Assembly: GCA_043782525.1 (NCBI GenBank)
Contig: JAYWAJ010000029.1
Coordinates: 1 to 50,243, forward strand
Origin: Deltaproteobacteria bacterium
Lineage (GTDB): Bacteria; Myxococcota; Myxococcia; Myxococcales; 40CM-4-68-19
Length of the DNA stretch: 50,243 nt
Reading direction: 5' to 3'
The position numbers and the translations under genes were made by a program. Shown piece after piece: positions 26,820-39,361 of this stretch. The stretch's first letter is position 1; each line of letters opens with the position of its first letter. The notes under the pieces are model-generated. The model did no database searches. It saw nothing but the letters and a program-made list of their open reading frames with translations, and was not told where the DNA came from.

Positions 26820-28461
26820 GGATCACTCCCGGCGGCTCGTGCGTGCGGTAGTCGTGGGGCATCTGGGTGATGATCGGGATCTCGTCGAAGTTGTGGGTGG
26901 GCGGCGGCGAGGCGGAGAGCCACTCGAAGCCCTTCGAGCCCCAGGGATTCTGCGTGCAGCGGGCCCCGAAGCGCAGCGCGATCACCAGGTAGATGAGGAT
27001 GATGAGGAAGCCGAAGCCGAGCAGCGTCGAGCCAGCGGTGGAAGCGACGTTCAAGGCCTGGAAATGGTCGGGGTATTGATAGTAGCGGCGCGGCATTCCG
27101 TAATTGCCGAGCAGGAACTGGGGAATGAAGGTCGCATTGAAGCCGAGGACGATGAGGGAGGCGGCCACCAGGCCCCAGCCCTCGGAATAGGTCTTTCCGA
27201 ACATCTTGGGGAACCAGTAGTGGAGGGCGGCGAGGAAGGCCATCACCGAGGCGCCCACCATGATGAAGTGGAAATGGGCCACCACGAAGTAGGTGTCGTG
27301 CCAGTGGATGTCGAGCGAGGTCGTGGCCAGCGCGATGCCGGTCATTCCGCCGAAGACGATGAAATAGAGAAAGCCGCAGATATAGGCAAAGGGCGTGGTG
27401 AACTTGATCGCGCCCCGGTACATGGTGCCGACCCAGTTGAAGACCTTGATGGCGGTGAAGATGCCCACCAGCATGGAGAGGAGGCCGAAGGCCCCCGCGT
27501 CGAAGGTGCTCTGGCCGGCCACGAAGAGATGGTGGCCCCAGGTGAAGAAGCCGACGAAGGCGATGCCCAGGGAGCTGAGCGCGATGGCCCGGTATCCGAA
27601 CGGGTTCTTGCGGGAGAAGGCAGAGACGGTCTCGGAGATCACGCCCATGGCCGGCAGCACCATGATGTAGACGGCCGGATGGGAATAGAACCAGAACATA
27701 TGCTGGTAAAGGACCGGATCGCCGCCGCGGGCCGGATCGAACATGCCGAAGCCGGCGAACCGCTCGACGGCGACGATGAGCACGGTGATGCCCAGAACCG
27801 GCGTGGCCAGGACCTGGATGATGCTGGTGCCGTAGATGCCCCAGACGAAGAGCGGCATCCGCATCCAGTTGAGGCCGGGCGCGCGCAGGGTGTGGACGGT
27901 GACGATGAAGTTCAGGCCGGTGAGGATGGAGGAGAAGCCGAGCACGAAGACGCCGAGGAGGATGGGCAGCACCTGCGTCGGCGTGGTCGAGGAGTACGGG
28001 GTATAAAAGGTCCAGCCGGTGTCGGCGCCGCCGTGGACCATGCCCCAGATGGCGATGGCCGCGCCCAGCAGGTAGAGGTAGAACGAGGCCAGGTTGAGGC
28101 GCGGGAAGGCGACGTCGCGGGCGCCGAGCATGAGCGGCACCATGAAGTTCCCGAAGGCTCCGGGAATGGCGGGGATGAGGAAGAGGAAGATCATCACCAC
28201 GCCGTGCAGCGTGAAGAGCCGGTTGTAGCTGAGCGCGTCCATCAGGAACGGGCCCGGCTGCAGGAGCTTCATCCGCAGCGTCAGCGCGAAGAGGCCGCCG
28301 AGAAAGAAGGCGACCAGGACCGCGGCGAGGAACATGACCCCGACGCGCTTGTGGTCGCGGGTATTGACCCACGACATGACGGTGGTGCCATCGTTGAGAT
28401 AGTTCAGCGTCTCGACCGGCGGGGCGCCGGCCAGGGCGTCAGTTGTTTCGGAGAGGCGCAT
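26809..28461 (-). CDS. ctaD: Cytochrome c oxidase subunit I (haem-copper oxidase catalytic subunit)
   Basis: 550-aa ORF. Motifs are TRDHKRVGVMFL, WFYSHPAVYIMVLP, WGHHLF and HDTYFVVAHFHFIMVG. The start is uncertain: 28461 overlaps ctaC by 23 nt, and an internal ATG at 28377 is an alternative. Confidence 0.95.
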   Translation of the reverse strand: MRLSETTDALAGAPPVETLNYLNDGTTVMSWVNTRDHKRVGVMFLAAVLVAFFLGGLFALTLRMKLLQPGPFLMDALSYNRLFTLHGVVMIFLFLIPAIPGAFGNFMVPLMLGARDVAFPRLNLASFYLYLLGAAIAIWGMVHGGADTGWTFYTPYSSTTPTQVLPILLGVFVLGFSSILTGLNFIVTVHTLRAPGLNWMRMPLFVWGIYGTSIIQVLATPVLGITVLIVAVERFAGFGMFDPARGGDPVLYQHMFWFYSHPAVYIMVLPAMGVISETVSAFSRKNPFGYRAIALSSLGIAFVGFFTWGHHLFVAGQSTFDAGAFGLLSMLVGIFTAIKVFNWVGTMYRGAIKFTTPFAYICGFLYFIVFGGMTGIALATTSLDIHWHDTYFVVAHFHFIMVGASVMAFLAALHYWFPKMFGKTYSEGWGLVAASLIVLGFNATFIPQFLLGNYGMPRRYYQYPDHFQALNVASTAGSTLLGFGFLIILIYLVIALRFGARCTQNPWGSKGFEWLSASPPPTHNFDEIPIITQMPHDYRTHEPPGVIRVQ

Positions 28462-29494
28462 AGGAGGGTCCTTCCGACGGCCCGGGGCGGACCGCGTCGC
28501 TCTGCAGCGACTTGATGTATTCGACCAGGGCCGAGGTCTCGGGGGCGGTGAGCTTTCCTTCGTAGCTGGGCATCACCGGCTGGTATCCGTCGACGATTTC
28601 GACCGCCGGGTCCATCATCGAGCGGGTCAGGTAGGCTTCGTCGGCGTCGATGAAGGCGCCGGTGGTGAGCCGCTCGCGGCGGTGATAGAGGTCGAGCCAG
28701 GTGGGGCCGATGTGCCGCGTTCCGTCGATGGAGTGGCACTTGAGGCAGCCCTTCACCGCGGCGACCTGCTTGCCCTGCTCGACCAGGTTGCCCAGGGTGG
28801 GAGTGGCTTCGATCTCGGTGGGAGAGCCGTCCTGCTTCGAGGCCAGCGCGCCGCGCTTCTGCAAGGCCAGCCAGTCCTGGTAGTCCTCCGGCTTCATCAC
28901 GATCACTTCGCCGCGCATGACCGAGTGGCCGGCGCCGCAATACTCGGCGCAGAGGATCTGGAAACGCCCCGGCGCCACCGCATTGAACCATTGGTCGGTA
29001 TAGCGGCCCGGGAGCACGTCCTTCTTGATGCGGAACTCCGGCACATAAAATGAATGAATCACGTCGCGCGAGGTCATCAGCAGGCGCACGTTGCGCCCCG
29101 CCGGCACCCGCAGGACGTTGATGGCATTGGGGCCGTCCGGATAGGCGAACTTCCACATCCACTTCTTGCCCATCACGTAGACGTCCATCGCGTCCGCGGG
29201 CGGCGTCTGCTGGCGCACGAACTCGTTGAAGCCGATGAAGAACCAGAGCAGGAAGAAGGAGAGCGGGACGGTGACGAAGAGCGCCTCCAACCACATGGGC
29301 GGCTCGATGTGCGGCGTGGTCTGCGTCTCCGAGCGGCGCCGGAAGCGGGCGAAGAAGAGGATCGCGGTCGTCCCCACCAGGAACGACATCACAAAAGTCG
29401 TGAGGATGACGAAGTAATGCAGGCGGTCCAGGTCCCGCGCAAAGGTCGAGGCCTGTTCGGGCAGGAAGAGCATCCGGCGCAGGAAGTCGTTCAT
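28439..29494 (-). CDS. ctaC: Cytochrome c oxidase subunit II with fused C-terminal cytochrome c domain (caa3-type)
   Basis: The CuA site is ILCAEYCGAGHSVM. A C-terminal CLKCH haem-c motif is present, and there are two N-terminal TM helices. Confidence 0.9.
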   Translation of the reverse strand: MNDFLRRMLFLPEQASTFARDLDRLHYFVILTTFVMSFLVGTTAILFFARFRRRSETQTTPHIEPPMWLEALFVTVPLSFFLLWFFIGFNEFVRQQTPPADAMDVYVMGKKWMWKFAYPDGPNAINVLRVPAGRNVRLLMTSRDVIHSFYVPEFRIKKDVLPGRYTDQWFNAVAPGRFQILCAEYCGAGHSVMRGEVIVMKPEDYQDWLALQKRGALASKQDGSPTEIEATPTLGNLVEQGKQVAAVKGCLKCHSIDGTRHIGPTWLDLYHRRERLTTGAFIDADEAYLTRSMMDPAVEIVDGYQPVMPSYEGKLTAPETSALVEYIKSLQSDAVRPGPSEGPSYAPLRNN

Positions 29495-30258
29495 GCTGCT
29501 TTGCCTTTCTTGATTTCACGCCACCACAGCGCTCCGAGAAAGGCCGCCAGCGCCGCCGCGAAGAAGCCCGAACCGGCGCGCAGGGCGCCCAGCACGTAGA
29601 AGTGGTACTTGCGGCTGGAAGGGTCGTACTTGAAGCAGCGCAGGATGACGCGGTCGAGGGTGGTGCCGACCCGGCCCTGGGCGGCCTCGAGCACCGCCAG
29701 GCGGAGATCGCGCGGGCTCAATTCGATTCCATAGAGATAGCGGGAGATCTTGCCGTCGGGCGAGAGCACCATGCTGACGGCCGGGTGCTCGAACTGCTGC
29801 GCCTCGGCGTCCCACCGGTAGTGGAACCCGACCGAATCGGCCAGCGCCCGGATCGACTTCTCGCCTCCGGTGAGGAAAGGCCAATCGGTGGGATGCGCCT
29901 TTTCCGCGTTGAGCAAGGTCTGGAGATATCCGCCCTGCCGCAGCCGCGCCTCGCCGATGGTGTCCCGGGGCGAGAAGGAAACGGTCAGGCCGTAATAGTC
30001 CTCGCCGAGGCGCAGGCTGGAGCCGTTGAGGGCCTTGATCACTCCCTGCTGCACCAGGCTGCAGAGCATCGGGCAATCGAAATAGATCAGCGTCAGCACC
30101 ACCGGCTTGCCTCGCGCCGCCAGGTCGCGGAGGGCGACGTGGTTTTGCGCGGTGTCCATGAAGGCGCCGTCGGCGACGGGCTGGCCAAGCTGCTCCACCA
30201 CGTCGACCGCATCCGAAGGCGCGGCGGCGGCCGCGGCCATGAGCAGGGCCGCGATCAT
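29491..30258 (-). CDS. sco: SCO1/SenC-family copper chaperone
   Basis: Thioredoxin-fold CxxxC motif in LIYFDCPMLCSLV. ATGA overlaps occur at both ends, so it is embedded between the ACIII and oxidase genes. Confidence 0.85.
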   Translation of the reverse strand: MIAALLMAAAAAAPSDAVDVVEQLGQPVADGAFMDTAQNHVALRDLAARGKPVVLTLIYFDCPMLCSLVQQGVIKALNGSSLRLGEDYYGLTVSFSPRDTIGEARLRQGGYLQTLLNAEKAHPTDWPFLTGGEKSIRALADSVGFHYRWDAEAQQFEHPAVSMVLSPDGKISRYLYGIELSPRDLRLAVLEAAQGRVGTTLDRVILRCFKYDPSSRKYHFYVLGALRAGSGFFAAALAAFLGALWWREIKKGKAA

Positions 30259-30644
30259 TTCTGGTGCTCCTTGACGACCAGTTCCATGGCGTCGGCGATG
30301 GGCATGTGCACGGTGCCGGCCTTGCGGTCCACCCAGCCCCAGTGCTCGAGGCGGGCCGTGCGCTCCTTCTGGTAGTTCTCCAGGGTGCGATAGACCTCGA
30401 ACGGCACCTGGTCGACGATGCCGATCTCGGCCTGGCCGATCTCCCGGGGAAGCGGGTCGGGGCCGTTCGGTTGCAGCGTCTTTTCCCGCGCGTGCAACAC
30501 CTTGACGGTGATGAAGATGGAGACGAGGAAGAGCAGCGCCCAGCCGAGGCCGACGCCGAGGATGGCTCCCCAGCGAAGGCCTTCCCTGGCCTGCGCGGGC
30601 AGCGGGGGCAGATGCTCGCTGGCGTGGGAAGGCTTTTGGCTCAT
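30255..30644 (-). CDS. Small single-TM protein encoded between actF and sco (possible accessory ACIII/oxidase subunit)
   Basis: In-frame tail of ORF 30255..31256. The ATG at 30644 forms an ATGA overlap with the actF stop. The TM helix is WGAILGVGLGWALLFLVSIFITV, followed by a ~80-aa soluble tail. I recognise no family. Confidence 0.55.
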   Translation of the reverse strand: MSQKPSHASEHLPPLPAQAREGLRWGAILGVGLGWALLFLVSIFITVKVLHAREKTLQPNGPDPLPREIGQAEIGIVDQVPFEVYRTLENYQKERTARLEHWGWVDRKAGTVHMPIADAMELVVKEHQK

Positions 30645-31855
30645 GGCTGCGCGTACCTCAGCGAGTCCTCGAGGAACGGATCCTTCACTGGCACCGGCCG
30701 TACGCCGCGCAGGAGGAAGACCGCGCTGGCCACCGAGACGCCGCCGATTCCGAAGAAGGCGGTGAAGTGGGTCCAGTGCAACCCCAGCTGGTCGAGGCCG
30801 GAGGCGGGCATCACCACCCAGTAGAGATCGACGTAATGGATGAAGAGGAGCCAGGTCGTCAGCGCCGCCAGCCTGCCGGTGGTGCGCTTCACCTTGCGCG
30901 AGAGCAGGATGAGGAAGGGGATGAGGAATTGCCCGAAGAGGAGCAACTGCCCGACCGGCCGCCAGACGCCGCGGCTGCGGGTGACGATCCACTGCAGCTC
31001 CTCGGGGAGGTTGCCCGCCCAGATGAGCATGTATTGGGAAAAGGCCATATAGGCCCAGAAGGCGGTGAAGGCGAGCAGCAGCTTGCCGAGGTTGTGCTGG
31101 TGGTCGACCGTGATCAGCCGGCCCCAGGGCGTCTGGGAGGATCGCAGGCCGGTGACGATGAGGCAGATCAGCGCCAGCGAACAGACGAAGGCGCCAGCGT
31201 GGATATAGAGGCCGAAAATGGTCGAATACCAGGTCGGCTGCAAGGACATCAGCCAATCGAAGGAAGCGAAGGTCATCGTCAGGATGAAGAAGATGAGGCC
31301 GGGCGCCGCCAGCCGGCGCTGCGCCAGGGTGAGCGCGGGATCGCCGGACTCGTCCTGCTCGAGGGAGAGCGATCGCAGCCGCCAGGCGACGCCGCCCCAG
31401 ACAGCGAAGTAGACGACGGCCCGCAGCGTGAACGAGGTCAGGTTGAGGTAGCTGCGCTTGTGCAGGAGGAGCTGGAGCATCTCCTTGCTCACCGTCGGGT
31501 CGGGCGCGACCCAGAACCAGATGTGCCGGGCGCCGAGGAGGAGCGGAATGAAGAGCAGGGCGAAGAGGGGCAGCGTCGCGCCGATGCTCTCGCCCAGGCG
31601 CCGGATGGTGACGTTCCAGCGCGCGCCGGCGGCGTGGTTGGCCAGCACCAGCGAGGTGGCTCCGACGGCGAGGCCCAGCCAGTAGACGAAGGCGATGAGG
31701 TAGGCGAGCAGCGCGGGCCGGGGGGAGAAGAGGCCGCCCAGCAGCGTCAGCGCAAGTCCGCCCGCGCCGACGGCCAGGCTGCCCAGCATCAGCGTGCGCC
31801 CGCCGGTGAAGGGCGGCAGGTTGGCGTCGGGGAGCGGCTTCGGTCCGTGGCTCAT
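30641..31855 (-). CDS. actF: Alternative Complex III subunit ActF (NrfD-like membrane subunit)
   Basis: In-frame part of ORF 30641..32392. The ATG at 31855 overlaps the actE stop (ATGA). The protein has about 10 hydrophobic helices and sits in the ActF position of the operon. Confidence 0.8.
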   Translation of the reverse strand: MSHGPKPLPDANLPPFTGGRTLMLGSLAVGAGGLALTLLGGLFSPRPALLAYLIAFVYWLGLAVGATSLVLANHAAGARWNVTIRRLGESIGATLPLFALLFIPLLLGARHIWFWVAPDPTVSKEMLQLLLHKRSYLNLTSFTLRAVVYFAVWGGVAWRLRSLSLEQDESGDPALTLAQRRLAAPGLIFFILTMTFASFDWLMSLQPTWYSTIFGLYIHAGAFVCSLALICLIVTGLRSSQTPWGRLITVDHQHNLGKLLLAFTAFWAYMAFSQYMLIWAGNLPEELQWIVTRSRGVWRPVGQLLLFGQFLIPFLILLSRKVKRTTGRLAALTTWLLFIHYVDLYWVVMPASGLDQLGLHWTHFTAFFGIGGVSVASAVFLLRGVRPVPVKDPFLEDSLRYAQP

Positions 31856-32463
31856 GGCGCCTTTTCCCCTCGCAGCGTCTGCTGGATGCCGGGTGGCGCC
31901 TGGGCCAGCGTGGCCGCCTGGCTGCGCCGCAGCGCCTCGACGTACGCGACCACTGCCCAGCGCTCCGTCGGCGTCAGCTCCGCCGCGTAACTCGCCATCA
32001 GGCCATAGCCCTCCGTCACCACCTGGTAGATGTGCCCGGGCCCCGGGTCGCGGATGGTGTGCAGGTTGGGCGGAGGTCGCAGGGACATCTGCGTGGCCAC
32101 CAGGCTGAGGCCGTCGCCGACCAGGCCGTGGCAGAGGGCGCAGTGGATCTCGAACTTGGCGCGGCCCTGGGCCATCAGCTCGCGCGTGACCGGAACCGGG
32201 ATGGCGGAGACGATGTCGCCGGTGCGGCTGCGCCCGGCCGTGATCTCGGGGCGCATGGTCTGGCGCTCGCGTGGCACGGTGCCGGCCGGCGGCGTGCGCA
32301 TGGCCCGGCCGTCGGCGAAGAGGGGGTTGGCGGAGTAGGCCCGATACTTCGGCTGCCGCTCCATCGCATCGAAGATCGTCGTATCGCCACAAGCGGCCAT
32401 GAAGACGATGGCCAGCGCGGCCGGCCTGAAGCCTGAAGCCTGAAGCCTGAGGCCCGTCCTCAT
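31852..32463 (-). CDS. actE: Alternative Complex III subunit ActE (monohaem cytochrome c lipoprotein)
   Basis: The ATG at 32463 overlaps the actD stop (ATGA). The lipobox is in LAIVFMAACGD. There is a single CALCH haem motif. Confidence 0.8.
   Translation of the reverse strand: MRTGLRLQASGFRPAALAIVFMAACGDTTIFDAMERQPKYRAYSANPLFADGRAMRTPPAGTVPRERQTMRPEITAGRSRTGDIVSAIPVPVTRELMAQGRAKFEIHCALCHGLVGDGLSLVATQMSLRPPPNLHTIRDPGPGHIYQVVTEGYGLMASYAAELTPTERWAVVAYVEALRRSQAATLAQAPPGIQQTLRGEKAP
32423..32454 (-). repeat. 32-nt heptamer-repeat element, copy 1 (codons 4-14 of actE)
   Basis: The plus strand reads GGCC TGAAGCC TGAAGCC TGAAGCC TGAGGCC. It is 31/32 identical to 37329-37360. Confidence 0.85.
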
Positions 32464-32990
32464 GTCGCCTCCAGCACGGTGTGAATGCGCCTGGCGCCGA
32501 CCGCGCGGAGCTGTTCGTGCAGCCCTTCGACCTTGGCTTCGTCCTCGGTCTCCGCGCTGATCCAGAACCGGTCCAGCGAGGCGGTGCGGAACTGCTCCGA
32601 CTCGAAGACCGGGTGATAGGTCCGGGGCAGCTGGAAAAAGCCGAAGATGGAGCTGAAGAAGATGGAGAGCACCGCCAGCAGGATTCCGCATTCGAAGGTG
32701 ATGGGAATGTTCATCCAGAACCCGTGCGGCGGGCGGTTGCCGACGTTGATCGGGTAATCGACCGCATTCATCCACCATTGCATCGTATATCCGCCGATGA
32801 CGCCGAGGATGCCCCCGGTCAGCGCCACCAGCGGCACCTTGCTGGGCGGAAGCTCCAGCGCCTCGTCGATGCCGTGCAACGGATAGGGCGAATAGGCGTC
32901 GAGCCCGGGGACGCCCTGCGCGTGCAGCGCCCGCGCGGCTTCGACGCAATCCTCCGGCCGGGAGAATTCCCCGAGGACGAAGCGCCTCAT
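32460..32990 (-). CDS. actD: Alternative Complex III subunit ActD (DUF3341-like)
   Basis: The ATG at 32990 overlaps the actC stop (ATGA). The sequence is MRRFVLGEFSRPEDCVEAARALHAQGVPGLDAYSPYPLHGIDEAL followed by two TM helices. This is typical ActD. Confidence 0.8.
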   Translation of the reverse strand: MRRFVLGEFSRPEDCVEAARALHAQGVPGLDAYSPYPLHGIDEALELPPSKVPLVALTGGILGVIGGYTMQWWMNAVDYPINVGNRPPHGFWMNIPITFECGILLAVLSIFFSSIFGFFQLPRTYHPVFESEQFRTASLDRFWISAETEDEAKVEGLHEQLRAVGARRIHTVLEAT

Positions 32991-34389
32991 GGCTTCGCTC
33001 CTTCCAAGTCCGCCGCCGGGTGTTCCGCGCCCGCCGCCAGCTCGTGGCGCAACTCCTTCACCTCGCTCAGGGCAATGGCGGGTACGAACTTGAGGAAGAG
33101 CAGGAAGAGCATGCCGAAGAAGCCGATGGTGCCGGCGTACAGGCTCAGGTCCACCCAGGTCGGCGAATAGCGGGCCCAGTTGGAAGGAATGAAATCCTGC
33201 TGCAGCGAGGTGACCACGATGTTGAACCGCTCGAACCACATTCCCACGTTGACCAGCACCGATCCGATCCAGAGGACGGCGATGTTGCGCCGCAGCCTGG
33301 GGAACCAGAACACCTGGGGCACGATGACGTTGCAGAACATCTGCGTGTAATAGGCCCAGGCATATTGCCCGCGCGGCCGGGTGAAGAAGAAGACGTGCCG
33401 CTCGTAGATGTTGCCGCTGTACCAGGCGGCGAAGTGCTCCATGATGTAGCCGTAGGAGACGATCAGGCCGGTGGTGAGCAGGACCTTGGCCATCGATTCG
33501 AGGTGGCGCAGCGTCACCACGTGCTTGAACTTCATGAACCGGCGGGCCGGGATGATCAGCGTCAGCACCATGGCGAAGCCGGAGAAGACGGCGCCGGCCA
33601 CGAAGTAAGGCGGGAAGATGGTGGTGTGCCAGCCGGGCAAAATCGACGCGGCGAAATCCCAGGAGACGATGGTGTGCACCGAGAGCACCAGCGGCGTCGC
33701 CAGGCCCGCCAATAACAGATAGGCGATCTTGTAATGATGCCAATGCCGCGCCGAACCGCGCCAGCCGAGGGCAAAGATCCCGTAGGTGACGCGCGCACGG
33801 CGGCTGGTCGAGGCGTCGCGCAGCGAGGACAGGTCGGGGATGAGGCCCAGGTACCAGAAGAGCAATGAAGTGATGAAATAGGTGGAGACCGCGAAGACGT
33901 CCCACATCAGCGGGCTCTTGAACTGCGGCCAGATGGCGTTGGTCGACGGATAGGGAAAGAGCCAGTAGGCAAACCAAGGCCGCCCGGTATGCAGCACCGG
34001 GAAGATGCCGGCCTGCATCACCGCGAAGAGGGTCATCGCCTCGGCGAAGCGGTTGATGCTGGTGCGCCACTTCTGCTGGAAGAGGAGCAGGATGGCGCTG
34101 ATCAGCGTGCCGGCGTGGCCGATGCCGATCCACCAGACGAAGTTGATGATGCCGAAGGCCCAGGCGACGGGGATGTTGTTGCCCCACATCCCGATGCCGC
34201 GGGCGAGCGTGATGGTGATGGCGCTGAAGAGCAGGCCGGTGAGCGCGAGGCCGACGCAGACCATCGCGTACCAGCCCGGCCGCGCCTCCTTCCAGACGAA
34301 GTCGAGCAGCGACTTGTTGAGGGTGCCGTCGTCCTGCTGCCCCTCGATGAGCGGCGCGCCGGAGAGCCGCGCGAGGACGGGTTTCGAGG

Positions 34390-34393
<4 letters not shown>
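32987..34393 (-). CDS. actC: Alternative Complex III subunit ActC (NrfD/PsrC-like quinol-interacting membrane subunit)
   Basis: The ATG at 34393 overlaps the actB stop (ATGA). The sequence reads GMWGNNIPVAWAFGIINFVWWIGIGHAGTLISAILLL..WPQFKSPLMWDVFAVSTYF, which shows NrfD-family hallmarks. Confidence 0.85.
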
Positions 34394-37370
<2,977 letters not shown>

Positions 37371-37383
<13 letters not shown>

Positions 37384-38021
37384 GTGGTGCACGAAACCCG
37401 GGTCTGCACGTGGTACTGCTCCTTGAGGACGCGTCCGAGCGCGAGCTGGTCCTTCGGCTTCCAGGTCATGCTGGTGATCTGCTCGCGCGGGCGGAGGAAC
37501 TTCTCCGGCGCGCGGTGGCACTCGAGGCACCAGCCCATCGAGAGCGTCTGCGCCTTGTGCACCAGCGGCATCTCGTCGACGCGGCCGTGGCAGGTGACGC
37601 AGCCAACGCCCTTCGCCACGTGGATGGAGTGGTTGAAGTAGACGAAGTGCGGAAGCTTGTTGACCCCGTTCCAGACGATGGGCTTGTCGGAGAAGTAGCT
37701 CTCGCGCACCGGGGCAAGCTTGGGGCTCTTGTTCCAGATCTGCGCGTGGCAGTTCAGGCACAGCGAAGTCGGCGGCACGCCGGCGTACGACGACTTCTCC
37801 ACCGAGTAGTGGCAGTAGCGGCAGTCGATGCCCTCGTCGCCGACGTGGTGCCGGTGGTCGAACTGCACGGGCTGTGCGATGGGATCCTGCTGCTGCGTGT
37901 AGAACGGGGTTCGCACGTAGATCATCGGACCCGCGACTAGGCCGCCGCCGCCCGCCAGCGCCAGCGTGAAGAGCGCGAGGCGAAATTTGGTGTTCGACGA
38001 TGGCTTGAACAGTGCACTCAT
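37371..38021 (-). CDS. actA: Alternative Complex III subunit ActA (membrane-anchored pentahaem cytochrome c)
   Basis: Part of ORF 37371..38165, starting at the ATG at 38021 (MSALFKPSSNTKFRLALFTLALAGGG anchor). There are five CxxCH motifs: CRYCH, CLNCH, CVTCH, CLECH and CTTCH. Confidence 0.85.
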
Positions 38022-38103
38022 GCCCGGTCCGTTTGGTTCGCCCGGGGAGGCCCGGGGCGCGACAGGTGGTACTGGGAGATGGTTCGCGGCTGAAGGGATG
38101 GTT

Positions 38104-38128
38104 TGTCGCAGCGACCGAGTGTCGCAGC
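38104..38128. promoter_or_regulatory. Direct repeat TGTCGCAGC x2 in the actA / aldo-keto-reductase divergent intergenic region
   Basis: TGTCGCAGC occurs at 38104-38112 and 38120-38128 (16-bp register), about 85-105 bp upstream of the actA ATG. No function is demonstrated. Confidence 0.2.
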
Positions 38129-38296
38129 CTCGTCCGCGGTCGCCGTTCGAGCGCGAGGGACGCACGAACTCTCAGCAAAGTTCGGGCGAGTTGGCAAGCG
38201 CCGACTCGGTTCCTGTCCGCTGGGCGTCAGCACGGCCTTGGGGCTTCTACTGCCCCTCTGTGTGCTTTTGATTTTGCGGAGTCGTATGCTGGTCCG

Positions 38297-39361
38297 ATGC
38301 TGCAGGGGCAGGCGACGCCGTCGGGAACGGCGCGGTTCGAGGCGGCCAGCGGCGCGGCGGAGGGCCACTTTCGCGCGGCGCCGGGTGGACTGCGCCTCTC
38401 CTCGCTCGGCATCGGCACCTACCTGGGCCGCGACGACGCCCCGACCGACGCGCTCTACGCCGGCGCCGTCCTCCGCGCGCTGCAGCTCGGCATCAACGTC
38501 ATCGACAGCGCCATCAACTACCGGAACCAGCGCAGCGAGCGCGCGGTGGGCGCGGCCCTGCGCGAGAGCGGCCTGCCGCGCGACCAGGTCGTCCTCTGCA
38601 CCAAGGGCGGCTACCTGCCCTTCGACGGCGGCCGGCCCGCCGACGTGCGCGCCTACTTCGAGGAGACCTTCCTGCGGCCCGGCATCCTCGGCGCCGACGA
38701 GATCGTCGCCGGCTGCCACTCGCTGGCTCCTCGCTACCTCGACGATCAGATCGATCGCAGCAGGCGCAACCTCGGGGTGGAGTGCATTGATTTATATTAC
38801 GTACACAATCCCGAGACGCAGCTCGGCGAGGTGCCGCGGGCGGAGTTCCACCGGCGGCTGCGCCGGGCCTTCGCGGCTTTGGAGCGCGCCTGCGCAGGCG
38901 GCCGCATCGCCGCCTACGGGGCGGCCACCTGGAGCTCCCTGCGCCTCGAGCCGGAGGCGGAGGAATACCTCTCGCTGGCGGAATTGCTCGAGGCAGCGCG
39001 CGACGCCGGCGGGAGCGGGCACCACTTCCGCGCCGTCCAGCTGCCCTTCAATCTGGAAATGGACGAAGCCGCGACTTTTCGCAACCAGGGTGGCCGTACG
39101 CTGCTCGAGGCGGCGCAGGAGGCGGGCGTGGCTGTCTTCTCCTCCGCCAGCGTTCTGCAGGGCCGGCTGGCGCAGCAGCTTCCACCCCAGATAGGCGAGT
39201 CCTTTGCCGGCCTGCGGACCGACGCGCAGCGGGCGCTGCAGTTTGCCCGGAGCACGCCCGGCGTCACCTGCGCGCTGGTGGGCATGAAGACCCGCGCCCA
39301 CGTCGAGGACAACGCCGCGCTGGCGAGGGTCGCGCTTCCCGGGGCGTCACCGGTCCTCTGA
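38297..39361 (+). CDS. Aldo/keto reductase
   Basis: Part of ORF 38012..39361, starting at the ATG at 38297. The sequence reads LGIGTYLG..INVIDSAINYRNQRSERAVGAAL..VVLCTKGGY..IDLYYVHNPE, which shows AKR signatures. Confidence 0.85.
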   Translation: MLQGQATPSGTARFEAASGAAEGHFRAAPGGLRLSSLGIGTYLGRDDAPTDALYAGAVLRALQLGINVIDSAINYRNQRSERAVGAALRESGLPRDQVVLCTKGGYLPFDGGRPADVRAYFEETFLRPGILGADEIVAGCHSLAPRYLDDQIDRSRRNLGVECIDLYYVHNPETQLGEVPRAEFHRRLRRAFAALERACAGGRIAAYGAATWSSLRLEPEAEEYLSLAELLEAARDAGGSGHHFRAVQLPFNLEMDEAATFRNQGGRTLLEAAQEAGVAVFSSASVLQGRLAQQLPPQIGESFAGLRTDAQRALQFARSTPGVTCALVGMKTRAHVEDNAALARVALPGASPVL

